A stretch of 64,000 nucleotides of DNA. Origin: Nitrospiraceae bacterium. Its GTDB lineage: Bacteria; Nitrospirota; Nitrospiria; Nitrospirales; UBA2166. This document shows, in pieces, positions 10,460 to 20,400 of this stretch (position 1 is the first letter of the stretch; every line of letters begins with the position of its first letter). The notes below the pieces were generated by a model that did no database searches, was not told the DNA's origin, and saw only the letters and a program-made list of their open reading frames with translations. The stretch spans positions 228,550 to 292,549 of the forward strand of contig PBSN01000008.1 in NCBI GenBank assembly GCA_002726235.1, read 5' to 3'. The position numbers and the translations under genes were made by a program.

Positions 10460-13159
10460 ATGCTTACCGCTTTACTCAATCAGCTTTTTGGAAGTAAGAA
10501 CGATCGTGAACTCCAACGGCTTTGGCCTCGTGTCACACACATTGCATCGCTTGAAGAACATGTATCGAGTCTTAGTGATGACGCACTTCGAGCCAAAACG
10601 GAGGAGTTTAAGGATCGGTTGGCTCAAGGCGAGGGGTTGGATGACGTCTTGCCTGACGCGTTTTCTGTGGGCCGAGAAATGTCAAAGCGTACGTTGGGCA
10701 TGCGGCACTTTGATGCTCAGGTATTGGGCGGTATTGTGCTCCACGAAGGCAAAATTTCTGAGATGAAGACGGGTGAAGGGAAGACTCTGGTTGCGACCCT
10801 CCCGCTCTATCTCAATGCGCTCGCAGGGCAAGGGGCACATCTTGTCACAGTCAACGATTATCTGGCGAAACGAGATGCGCAATGGATGGGCATGCTTTAC
10901 TCCGCACTCGGTCTTTCTCTTGGCGTTATTCAACACGAAGCTTCCTTTCTGTTTGATTCCTCCTACGAATCACCTGATCCGCGACTACAGTTATTGCGGC
11001 CGGTAAGCCGCACAGAAGCTTATCAGGCAGACATTACGTACGGCACAAATAATGAATATGGGTTCGACTATCTCCGAAACAACATGGTGGTTGATGTATC
11101 GCATCGGACTCAGCCTGCACTGAATTTCGCGATTGTCGATGAGGTGGATAGTATCCTGATCGATGAATCGAGGACACCGCTGATCATTTCAGGGCCGACT
11201 GAAGAATCAACGGATTTGTACTATCGGCTTGATAAAATCATTCCACACCTGAAGCCCAACGAAGACTATACGATTGAGGAGAAGACGAAAACCGCTTCCT
11301 TGACCGAGGAAGGTAACGCAAAGGCAGAACGTCTTCTTGGGGTAGACAATCTTTACGATCTCTCCCACATCAATCTCGTACACCATCTAGTTCAAGCATT
11401 GCGTGCGCATACCCTATATCGTCGTGATACAGACTACGTGGTTAATGATGGAGCGGTCACAATCGTTGATGAGTTTACCGGAAGATTGATGCCTGGGCGT
11501 CGCTGGAGTGATGGTCTTCATCAGGCCGTCGAAGCAAAAGAAAAAGTAAAGATTGCCAATGAAAATCAGACCCTTGCAGCGGTCACGTTCCAAAACTATT
11601 TTCGAATGTATACCAAGCTTGCGGGAATGACAGGAACAGCGGACACCGAGGCTGCAGAGTTTGCAAAAATCTACAATCTTGACGTGGTGGTTGTTCCAAC
11701 GAATAAACCCATGATTCGGGTTGATTTTCCCGATGTGATTTACCGGACCGAACGCGAAAAGTATGCGGCGATAGTTGAAGACATTGTCGATTGTGCTCAT
11801 CGAAAACAACCAGTATTGGTTGGAACCGTCTCCATCGAGAAATCGGAAAAGATAGCGGCAATGCTCAAGAAACAAGGGACTAAACATTCTGTACTTAATG
11901 CAAAATTTCACGAGAAAGAGGCTGAGATCATTGCGCAAGCAGGCAGAAACGGCGCAGTGACGATTGCGACCAACATGGCAGGTCGTGGTACCGATATTCT
12001 TTTGGGGGGCAATCCGGAGTTTCTATTCAAGCAAGTTATGTCTCAATACCCTGATCTTTCTTCTGATGAGCAGGCTGGCCGGTTTCGGCAGGTACAGGAC
12101 GAATGCGATAAGGAGAAGCAAGAAGTGACGGCAGCTGGTGGGCTTCATATTGTTGGGACTGAACGGCACGAAAGTCGCCGAATTGACAATCAGCTACGGG
12201 GGCGAACTGGCAGACAGGGAGATTGCGGCTCATCACGGTTCTATCTTTCATTGGAAGACGATCTTCTTCGTATTTTCGGATCTGAGCGTATTGCGAACAT
12301 CATGGAAAAGCTCGGAATGGAGGAAGGTATTCCGATCGAGCATAAAATGATCACGCGGTCTATTGAGAATGCTCAAAAGAAGGTTGAAGCACATCATTTT
12401 GATACTCGCAAACAATTGCTTGAATATGACGATGTGATGAATAAGCAACGAGAAGTGATTTATGAACGCCGACATCTCATTCTTGGGGGACACGACCTGA
12501 CCGAAGAGATTCGAGCGTCAATTGAAGAGCTCGTTGATGGCGTTCTTTCGATTTATTGTGATGAAGAGCAGTACGAGGAAGCGTGGGACCTTGATGGCTT
12601 GGCGGATGCGTGTCAGAGTCAATTCTCCATGGACATTCGTGAAGGTGAAGGGAGTGATACTGGGGCTCTCACGGATGTGGGACGCGATGCGCTTCGAGAG
12701 CAGATTCTTGAACAGGCACGGGAATCATATCGTCGGAAAGAGGAAGCGATTGGATCAGAGATTTTTCGTCAAATAGAGAAAATGGTGATGCTTCGCGTCA
12801 TTGATGCACAATGGAAAGATCACCTGCTGGGCATGGATCACCTCAAGGAAGGCATTGGGCTTCGGGGATATGGTCAAAAAGATCCTTTGGTCGAGTATAA
12901 GCGAGAAGGGTTTGACATGTTCGCCAACATGATGACCCGTATTAAATCTGAAGTGTTGGAGCACTTGTTTCGTGTTCAAGTGGCAAAGGGAGAGTCCCCA
13001 CCAATGCTTCAGGCTACGCATCGTCCTCCCATGCATCTCAGCCGTGGAGAACCTGAACCCCGGGTTCAAACAGTTCGACGTGAAGGGATTAAAGTTGGAC
13101 GTAATGAACTTTGCCCGTGCGGAAACGGGAAAAAATACAAAAAATGTCACGGCACGTGA
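10460..13159 (+). CDS. secA: Preprotein translocase ATPase SecA
   Basis: [28 protein letters not shown] and C-terminal SEC-C motif [13 protein letters not shown]. Confidence 0.99.
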   Translation: MLTALLNQLFGSKNDRELQRLWPRVTHIASLEEHVSSLSDDALRAKTEEFKDRLAQGEGLDDVLPDAFSVGREMSKRTLGMRHFDAQVLGGIVLHEGKISEMKTGEGKTLVATLPLYLNALAGQGAHLVTVNDYLAKRDAQWMGMLYSALGLSLGVIQHEASFLFDSSYESPDPRLQLLRPVSRTEAYQADITYGTNNEYGFDYLRNNMVVDVSHRTQPALNFAIVDEVDSILIDESRTPLIISGPTEESTDLYYRLDKIIPHLKPNEDYTIEEKTKTASLTEEGNAKAERLLGVDNLYDLSHINLVHHLVQALRAHTLYRRDTDYVVNDGAVTIVDEFTGRLMPGRRWSDGLHQAVEAKEKVKIANENQTLAAVTFQNYFRMYTKLAGMTGTADTEAAEFAKIYNLDVVVVPTNKPMIRVDFPDVIYRTEREKYAAIVEDIVDCAHRKQPVLVGTVSIEKSEKIAAMLKKQGTKHSVLNAKFHEKEAEIIAQAGRNGAVTIATNMAGRGTDILLGGNPEFLFKQVMSQYPDLSSDEQAGRFRQVQDECDKEKQEVTAAGGLHIVGTERHESRRIDNQLRGRTGRQGDCGSSRFYLSLEDDLLRIFGSERIANIMEKLGMEEGIPIEHKMITRSIENAQKKVEAHHFDTRKQLLEYDDVMNKQREVIYERRHLILGGHDLTEEIRASIEELVDGVLSIYCDEEQYEEAWDLDGLADACQSQFSMDIREGEGSDTGALTDVGRDALREQILEQARESYRRKEEAIGSEIFRQIEKMVMLRVIDAQWKDHLLGMDHLKEGIGLRGYGQKDPLVEYKREGFDMFANMMTRIKSEVLEHLFRVQVAKGESPPMLQATHRPPMHLSRGEPEPRVQTVRREGIKVGRNELCPCGNGKKYKKCHGT

Positions 13160-13273
13160 TTTTGCATGTCACAGCCCTGCACAACACTAAACACAACTAG
13201 CAAACATCAAATTCCGCAAAAACCCAATGAAACAGTGTTCTTGTGCGCGAAAAGAGCCGAACTTATTTTGCAC

Positions 13274-13302
13274 TTGACAAATTATGTAAGGAATCGCACA
13301 AT
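13274..13302 (+). promoter_or_regulatory. Putative sigma70 promoter for the first island gene
   Basis: TTGACA (13274-13279), 17-nt spacer, CACAAT (13297-13302), about 170 nt upstream of ORF 13473. Confidence 0.55.
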
Positions 13303-13472
13303 TGCGCTCCCCTCTTGTTGAGGGGAGGTAGTTTTTCTATCACGCACTGTGGGGGTGAGGATTTTGTGGACGGGAAGCTATCTTGCAGGGGGGCAATAAA
13401 ATGGAGGGGTTGCACTCGCTTGCGGCGAGTGCTTCATAACCGTATCAACATTTTAGTGGGGGGAATGACATC

Positions 13473-14819
13473 ATGATGCGAGGATTAAAACTTGCAACCA
13501 TTGCTGTTGCCGTGACGTTTGTTGGCTTTGTTGCTATGCCAGCACAGGTATCTGCGCAGCCAGCGACTATGTTTGCTCCAGCAGCACCAGCGGCCATTTT
13601 TACGCAGGTCGCATATTCGGATGAGGACGCGATGCTGATTATCTATCACGTCTTGCGTCCTGGGCCATTTTTTACGTCAACTCAGACTGGGGTGGTGTAT
13701 CGATTCTTGGATGATGCTACCGGGGAAGGGTGTGTTAACGAAAANGGGCGGGCATTAAAGCCTGTGTTTCGGGAAAATGAAATCCTGAACGATTCAACCC
13801 CATTTTTCACCAATCCGGAAATCATTCTCGATGAACGGTCGGATTTTGCACGGCGCTCGGTCACGGATGTCTTCTTCCTCGATGGCTGTCCCAACGGAAA
13901 AAACCAGCCACGGTCTGAAGAAGAGATTTTAGAACTTGAGGATGAGGGTGAAGTCGAACTTGTGCCGGATGCCGATATTGTGAACGCTGCGTCAGTGCCG
14001 TCTCCCAAGATGCGATCTGATTGGAATTTGTGGGAAGCCCCAGCTGGCGGATTCAATGTCTTCGATGGATCGCCTTCCGCGCAGAGCAATGCCGCGAATG
14101 CAGAAATTGGGGACATCGAATTGTCCGCGATGGTTCGTCCGCGGCACAAAGGGTTTGCTGGTGGCAAATCCATGTGGTACATCACGTATGAAGTTTGCTC
14201 CGATGAACAGTGGTCTGATACAGGATTCTGTAGCGGAGATGGGGTGAAGGACATCTTTTTTGTCCGATACGGCCCTTCGCATTCTGAGCTCGACATGACA
14301 AACATTGCTTTTGGCATTCCTTTCCCAAAGGCTGAGGTTGCGTCTGGAAATTCGCCAAAGAGTGGGGGGAACTATAGCCCGATCTGGCGAGGACAGTGTG
14401 TCGGGGGCTTGCATGATGGAGGAGATCGTGGCTTTGACGGGACTGACCATGGTGTTGGTCCTCCCGCCAATAATGCCAACTGTTTTGGTCCGACTCCTGA
14501 AGAACTCAAAGCCTTCACTTCCGCAAACGACATTTCGTTGACCGGCGATGATGACTTGGATGATGATGATCCACGCCGTGGGGGTCAGGTCCGGTCATCC
14601 GCAGACTTTTCCCCACTCATTGAAGGTGGGTTTTTTGGGGAAATGGAGCCATTGGCTGCCAAGATCAAGATCATCAACTGCCCGATCACTGCATCTGATT
14701 TGAACCAGGATCGGAAGTTTACGGCGGATGAGATGATCATTTTCCCGAACCATGTTCTGGAGGCGAATCGGAATGGTGAGTTCACTGTCTTTAATGCAGG
14801 TGGCCCATCGGGTGAGTAA
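13473..14819 (+). CDS. Secreted acidic hypothetical protein with two YSPxW/NxP-type (DUF7482-like) units
   Basis: Signal peptide, Asp/Glu-rich, several Cys. Motifs RSEEEIL..GEVEL..IVNAASVP and NYSPIW..RSSADF..IINCPI. The family call is from memory of the motif only. Confidence 0.7.
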   Translation: MMRGLKLATIAVAVTFVGFVAMPAQVSAQPATMFAPAAPAAIFTQVAYSDEDAMLIIYHVLRPGPFFTSTQTGVVYRFLDDATGEGCVNEXGRALKPVFRENEILNDSTPFFTNPEIILDERSDFARRSVTDVFFLDGCPNGKNQPRSEEEILELEDEGEVELVPDADIVNAASVPSPKMRSDWNLWEAPAGGFNVFDGSPSAQSNAANAEIGDIELSAMVRPRHKGFAGGKSMWYITYEVCSDEQWSDTGFCSGDGVKDIFFVRYGPSHSELDMTNIAFGIPFPKAEVASGNSPKSGGNYSPIWRGQCVGGLHDGGDRGFDGTDHGVGPPANNANCFGPTPEELKAFTSANDISLTGDDDLDDDDPRRGGQVRSSADFSPLIEGGFFGEMEPLAAKIKIINCPITASDLNQDRKFTADEMIIFPNHVLEANRNGEFTVFNAGGPSGE

Positions 14820-14867
14820 AAGACCTGAAGGTAGTAGGAAAGCGAGGAGTTTTCCGAGTACATAACT

Positions 14868-14909
14868 GGGCGGGGGNGCCTCATTCACTGAGGTTCCCCC
14901 GTCGCTTTT
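14868..14909 (+). terminator. Probable intrinsic terminator
   Basis: GC-rich stem (GGCGGGGG-N-GCCTCA / TGAGG-TTCCCCCGTC) followed by a T run, about 50 nt after the stop. A 12-nt duplication TTTAGAAGCCTT follows (14907-14930). Confidence 0.6.
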
Positions 14910-15018
14910 AGAAGCCTTTTTAGAAGCCTTTAGGGTTCTACTTCAAGGGGTTTTCTGGCGAGCGTTCTGTAGCAACAGTCGCAATAAAATGGGGTTTTAC
15001 TCACAGAGGGTATAAATT

Positions 15019-15915
15019 TTGTTTCGCCGAGGTTTCAACGTTGAATCATCCAAAAGGCGTGGTCAGTGGGCGTGGCATGCTAGTCTGACTCTCTTGCTGT
15101 GGGTGTTTGTCGGGTTTGGATGTGGTGGTGACGGTGGCAGCATGGATCTCGCTGATATCTCGCCGTCGACANGATTCGCCCCGCCGACAATAGGATCAGT
15201 TCAGCCGACAACAGGATCAGCTCAACCGGCCGCAGGATCAACTCAGCCGGCCGCAGAGCCCGCACAGCGGTCAGTTGAGGAAATCCTTGGTATCCTCGAT
15301 GGGCCAGATCCCTCAGAGGAGCTTACACGAGACTTCGGTAGCACGATTGCAATCAATCAGCTCATCCCGGAGATGAACGGTGTAATCATTAACGAGATCT
15401 TCCCACAGGTATCTCAGATTGAGTTGCACAACCCGACTTCAGAGCCCATCGATATTGGAGGATTCTGGCTTTGTCACACCACGCCTGCTCTGGTTTACGA
15501 CCTGATACCAGACGACACTTCAATTGCGGCCGGAGGCTTTCTGACTATTCATTGGGGCACTCAAGGAAGGAATACGGAACGACAGCTCTTCACCACCCCT
15601 GCTGTTCCGCTTCCCTTGAATATCCCTCATGGAGAGTTTGGGTTGTATACGGATTTTGGATTTGACGAGGCAAACTTTGCGATAAGCGACTTTCTTCAAG
15701 ATTATGTTCAGTGGGGTGAAGACGAACATTGGCGTGAGCGAGTGGCAACCGAAGCTAACATCTGGCCTGCAGGAGCATTTGTCCCTACCCCAAGTCCTGA
15801 GCAGTCAATATCGTATGACGGTGATGGAGATGCGGCAGAAGATTGGGTCGCCACTGTTTCGACGATTGGATTTGCAAACACACTTCCAAACACACTTCCA
15901 AACACACTTCCATGA
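15019..15915 (+). CDS. Lipoprotein with lamin-tail domain (LTD)
   Basis: Hydrophobic stretch then GFGC lipobox, Pro/Thr/Ala linker, and LTD-like INEI..IELHNPTSEPIDIGGFWL..IPDDTSIAAGGFLTIH. Confidence 0.75.
   Translation: MFRRGFNVESSKRRGQWAWHASLTLLLWVFVGFGCGGDGGSMDLADISPSTXFAPPTIGSVQPTTGSAQPAAGSTQPAAEPAQRSVEEILGILDGPDPSEELTRDFGSTIAINQLIPEMNGVIINEIFPQVSQIELHNPTSEPIDIGGFWLCHTTPALVYDLIPDDTSIAAGGFLTIHWGTQGRNTERQLFTTPAVPLPLNIPHGEFGLYTDFGFDEANFAISDFLQDYVQWGEDEHWRERVATEANIWPAGAFVPTPSPEQSISYDGDGDAAEDWVATVSTIGFANTLPNTLPNTLP
15181..15264 (+). repeat. Four imperfect 21-nt tandem repeats (7-aa linker)
   Basis: Units encode PPTIGSV / QPTTGSA / QPAAGST / QPAAEPA. Confidence 0.85.
15875..15912 (+). repeat. 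Three perfect 12-nt tandem repeats
   Basis: (CAAACACACTTC)x3, encoding NTLP x3 at the C-terminus. Confidence 0.95.
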
Positions 15916-15969
15916 TCGTTGAGTCACCGAACTCTCTAACCTTTGTGTAACACAACAGTAGGTGCAATC

Positions 15970-17058
15970 ATGCTGACATGTCGTCTCATAAAACAAAATA
16001 TCCTCATTGGAGTGTTTCTGCTCGGATGTGGTGTATTTCTGAGTTCACCCGCACATTCTCAGGGAGTGTCGGCGTTTGTCGTGCCTGACGATCAGCCAAC
16101 CATTCAGGCTGCTGTCAACGCGGCAAACCCTGGAACTACAATCATTATCCGAACCGGAACCTATCGCGAATCGATTCTGATATTGAAGGACAATATCCGC
16201 TTGGTAGGTGCAGAGGAGCCGGGAACCGTTATTATTGATGGCAAAGAGCTTGTGGATGTCCCAGGCATTCATCTGCGTAATGCGAGTCGCGTTGAAATTC
16301 GAGGTTTGGTCGTGCAGAACTTTGATGGATTTGTCGGCCCGGGACCTGCGGATTATCATGCTGGGATTCTCATTGAAGGTGGCCGGGCCAATAGTATTCG
16401 ACACAATAAACTCCGTTTGAACGGCAGCAACCTAGTGCTTGATCGTTCCGATAATAACCAGATCCATGGAAATACCGTGGCACTAGCAAAACATGCAGGT
16501 ATTTTGCTCAGAAATGGAAGTGATGGGAACACTCTCAAGAGCAACACTGGATATGATAACGATCACCGACCCTTGACCCTTCCATTCGCTGAATTGCCGG
16601 GATGCGGCATTCTCATTACGGGAGGGTCCAAGGGAAATTCGGTCAAAGATAACGAGTTCTTTCGCAATGGCCGTGGCATCATGCTTGAGGATGGTGCGAG
16701 CGACAATCAGATCGTTGGCAATATGCTCCATGATAATGCAAAGTTTGGTATCGCGGTTTTTGCCGGCGGCGATAACCTCACGAAAAATAATGTGCTCACG
16801 AATAACGTTGCCATTAACAACGCATTTCGTCTGNTGACGAGTGAGGAAGGTACTGTGATAGGGGAGGCTGGGTTTGAGGAAGGGGCAGACCTCTTTGACG
16901 AACTGGGTGACAATTCTCGGCTTCTTTTTGACAGTAGTGCGGCTCTCCCGAATACGTGGAAGGATAATATTTCCGAGGCCAATAATGTGGGGGGGGTTGC
17001 AATTAAGTGCGCAACGAGGGCGCACTGTCATCGGCATGATCGGATACCCTCGCAGTGA
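15970..17058 (+). CDS. Secreted right-handed parallel beta-helix protein (NosD/CASH-like)
   Basis: Signal peptide, VPDDQPTIQAAVNAA..GTYRE cap, repeated GIxLxxSxxNxIxxN rungs. ATG 15970 preferred over TTG 15943. Confidence 0.8.
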   Translation: MLTCRLIKQNILIGVFLLGCGVFLSSPAHSQGVSAFVVPDDQPTIQAAVNAANPGTTIIIRTGTYRESILILKDNIRLVGAEEPGTVIIDGKELVDVPGIHLRNASRVEIRGLVVQNFDGFVGPGPADYHAGILIEGGRANSIRHNKLRLNGSNLVLDRSDNNQIHGNTVALAKHAGILLRNGSDGNTLKSNTGYDNDHRPLTLPFAELPGCGILITGGSKGNSVKDNEFFRNGRGIMLEDGASDNQIVGNMLHDNAKFGIAVFAGGDNLTKNNVLTNNVAINNAFRLXTSEEGTVIGEAGFEEGADLFDELGDNSRLLFDSSAALPNTWKDNISEANNVGGVAIKCATRAHCHRHDRIPSQ

Positions 17059-17166
17059 ACAGTGAAGAAGTAATAAGTTGATTGAAATGGAAGAGAGTTT
17101 TGTAGCTGCGATATCGATTTCCTGTAGGTTCTGTGAGTCCGTCTTCTATTTTTTTCCTTGAATATC

Positions 17167-17194
17167 TTGACTGCTTGCTGGAAGTTTGTATGCT
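17167..17194 (+). promoter_or_regulatory. Possible sigma70 promoter upstream of the multicopper oxidase
   Basis: TTGACT, 16-nt spacer, TATGCT. Confidence 0.35.
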
Positions 17195-17430
17195 ACCTAA
17201 CGTTTTTTGTCGTCTGTTTTGATTGAAATNNCCTGCGGCGTGGACTTGTATCTCCTCCAATGGGGGTTAACGTGGGGAGATGCGTTGGGATTGTGATGGT
17301 GGGTTTGTTTTATAATTGCCTCACGGTGTTCGATTAGGTAAAGGGTNTACGGCTTCGAAGGTAACATGGGTTTGTTTGGNCTTTGTTGATAGTTTGGTGT
17401 GAGCTTTAAGCATTTTGGAGGNGAGTAGCT

Positions 17431-20400
17431 ATGGCAATGTTGTACACGAAATATCGTAAGCGTTTTTGTGACCTTGCGAAGCTTGGTGTGTTGTCAGTGG
17501 CAGTTGGGGTTCTATTTTTGTTTGGCCCGCTTGGAGTGAATGTTGCGGTTGCTGAGCATGAGGAATTATCGGAGCAGGCAGCAGCATCGCCCTGTCCTTC
17601 GAATGCGCCAGAGCGAGAGTTTAATATCGCCGCTTTTCGCGTTTCAATTGTGTACAACACCTATGGTGACACGGATCCGGTTGGTGCTATGTACGCTTTT
17701 GTTGGCGAAAAAGATGCCATATTGCAGCAGGTAGATGATAATCCCGGGAAACCTTCATGGCGGGTGCAACCCCTTGTCATGCGGGCCAATGTTGGGGATT
17801 GCATCAAGATGAACTTGCGGAATGACCTTGCCGGTGGTGCTTCGCTCACCCTCAGTCGAGCTCAGTACAATGTCCTGAACTCTGAAGGTACCAAGATCGG
17901 GAGGAATGAGACTGGTGACCTGATTCCGGCAGGTGGCAACCATACCTACACCTTTTTTATTGAAGACAAGTCAGAAAATCAGGGGTCGTATCATATCCAC
18001 AATACCGCTGCTCCTACCATTGAGAATGCCTACACTGGGCTTTTTGCATCCTTGAACGTACAAGCGAAGGGATCGCGCTACATCAGCAGCTATACAGGCG
18101 AGGATCTCAATCAGGAAGGTGATGGTGGTCCGGCACCTCACGGTGGTCGCTGGGAAGCCATCATTATTCCTTGCGAAGGGGTGGATCCTGGCGAAAGCAC
18201 TTCCTGTGATCGACTGTTCGATTCTCCGGGAGCCGGGCCAGGTACGGCGAACCCGCTATATTCCTTCCGGGAGCATACCATCTTCTATCATGATGGGCTT
18301 GGTGCAGCCGGAGGATGGGGCGCGGCAGATAACAAGTTCTTCCTAGGAACGGGAAAGCCGGAGTCTGAAGCATGTGGCGAAGATGCGAACGGATGTGTAG
18401 TGGTTCAGACTCACGGTACAGAAGAAGAGCCTGAAAAGTTTACGCTTACTCCTCGAGACTTCAATATTCCGGGGTACAGCCCGAGAGTCCCAGTCGAGTT
18501 GCCGGTCAAAGGGGAGGGNTTTATCGATGGCTCTCCCAACCAGCATAATCTCGCTGGGATGCTCGCTCTTGCCGGATTAATTGACGGGCCCATTCCGAAT
18601 ATAGGCGCGAATTCAACGCCTAGTGGGGTCGAATTAGCCCCGAACAATAACAACATGAGTTTCAATGAAACGCGGCTCTTTGGCAAGGCGATTAACTATC
18701 GCTTTGAGCCCTTTGATATTCGCGAATCCCAAGATGCGGATGAATCATTAAATTACAGCTCGTATGACGGTGGCGATCCTGCAGCCATCATTCCTCGCAG
18801 CTACAATGGCGACCCGACGGTCCGACGGTTGCTCCATGGNGGTGGGGAAGAACGCCATATCCCTCATCTCCACGGGATGCATCGTTGGCCGCGCCAGCCC
18901 TATGCAGAGCGTGACCGGGAGACGGGGAAATTCATTAGTAAGATTTATATGCTGGGGACGGTTGAACCAGAAGATGGTATGGGCCTGACCGAGCAAATTG
19001 CGCGGACGGCCACTCTCTTGAAGAACCGTTCGACAAATGAAACTACCTCCCAAGGGGCGAGCTTAAATCATGTCAAGTCCACTGTCAGCAGTATTATCGA
19101 TGTGGAACTTATCGAACCGCATACGGTGCGTGATATGGAGCTTGAGTGCGGGGCGGGAAGTTGCGAAGGCGAAGTCGGTGACTTTACCGAGCATTGCCAC
19201 GTCGCTGACCACTATACTGCCGGCATGTGGCACTTCTGGCGCGTCACAAATGTTCGCCAGGCCAATCTGTTCCCTCTGCCTGGGCGTATCGCGCCACCAG
19301 ATCCGGTTGATTCGATCGGGCTTTTGGCGAGTGGAACGACGCTTGATGGAAGAAAGTTCTGTGCGACGGGTGCCGAGGATTGTCCCGAGATTGAGAGTGA
19401 CGACTTTGTTAACATTGATCAGTGGGTGAGACATCTGTTGCCGCTGAAGGGAGTGCCGGAGGGCTGTGGCACTGAGAATCCTCGAGCCTGCCCACATCCG
19501 CAAAATGTTGTTGCATGCCCGTCCCTTGAAGGCCTTACAGGGAATGAGTTGTTGGCAGCGCATCAATGTCAGATTAGGGGCTATGATGCGGACCGGTATG
19601 ATTACACGAGTCGGCTTGTTGGGGGGCAGCCTCTGTATTTGAATGAGCCGGATGGACCGACGTTTGAGAACTTCCCAAACAGTCCCAATGGGCAGGGGGA
19701 TTTTGGAGGAATTGGGGATGCTCAAGGGCGTTTTTCGAACTGGAAAGATACGCCGATTGACAGCGGAGGTGATGATATTGAGGCCATTCGGGCCAATCTT
19801 CCCGGGCCGTCCCCTGGCCAGCGTCCTTTGTTGCTCTTCAATCCGGAGGATGGACGTTTAGCCTATCCTCACCATCGTCCGCATCGGGGAAAGCGGCCGC
19901 CACTGCCTGGTCCTCCGCTCGCGGATGATTCCGGAAGCGCGCATAGCGGCGCTCCCTTCTTGGGTGAGGTCAGTACGATGAGCCCGGGCACAGATCCGAT
20001 AACAGCTCCAAAGGCTGAACTGGGTACCCGCCCGGCGGGCCTTTGCCCGCAGGATGCTCCCGTGCGGAGCTATGACATCGTGGTGACCCCTGTTTTGGGT
20101 GACGGTGCCGTGTATAACCGGTTCGGCGATCGTGATCCCAACGCGGCGATTCATGTTTTGGCGAATGATGAAAGTGAACTCCAGTCTGGCATGCGGCAAC
20201 CTCATACCCTGGTGGTTCGTGGGAATGTGGGAGACTGCATGGACATTCAGTATCGGAATCATCTTACCGATGCGAATCCCATTCAGGAGGAATTCAGCAA
20301 GGCGAATATGCATCCGCATATGATGCATTTCGATGTACAGGCATCGGATGGAGTCATTATCGGGTTTAACTATGAGCAGTCGATTCGTCCCTCAAAAGAT

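Noticed and set aside
13150..13167. sigma54 promoter (CGGCAC..TTGCA) at the end of secA
   Set aside because: GG-GC spacing is 11 nt rather than 10. Similar near-matches at about 7756 and 45146 also fail.
15181..15912. CRISPR array
   Set aside because: The repeats are adjacent, in frame and have no spacers; no cas genes are present.
15970..17058. Nitrous-oxide reductase (nos) cluster
   Set aside because: The NosD-like fold is generic, and no nosZ, nosF, nosY or nosL is present.
17411..17480. yybP-ykoY (Mn) riboswitch suggested by GAGGNGAGTAGC ... GACCTT at the MCO start
   Set aside because: The match doubles as the SD, lies at or inside the CDS, and no convincing P1-P4 pairing or L3 motif was found. 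An Rfam scan would settle it.
17431..17555. Tat signal on the MCO
   Set aside because: YRKRFC has no true twin arginine, so the export route cannot be assigned.
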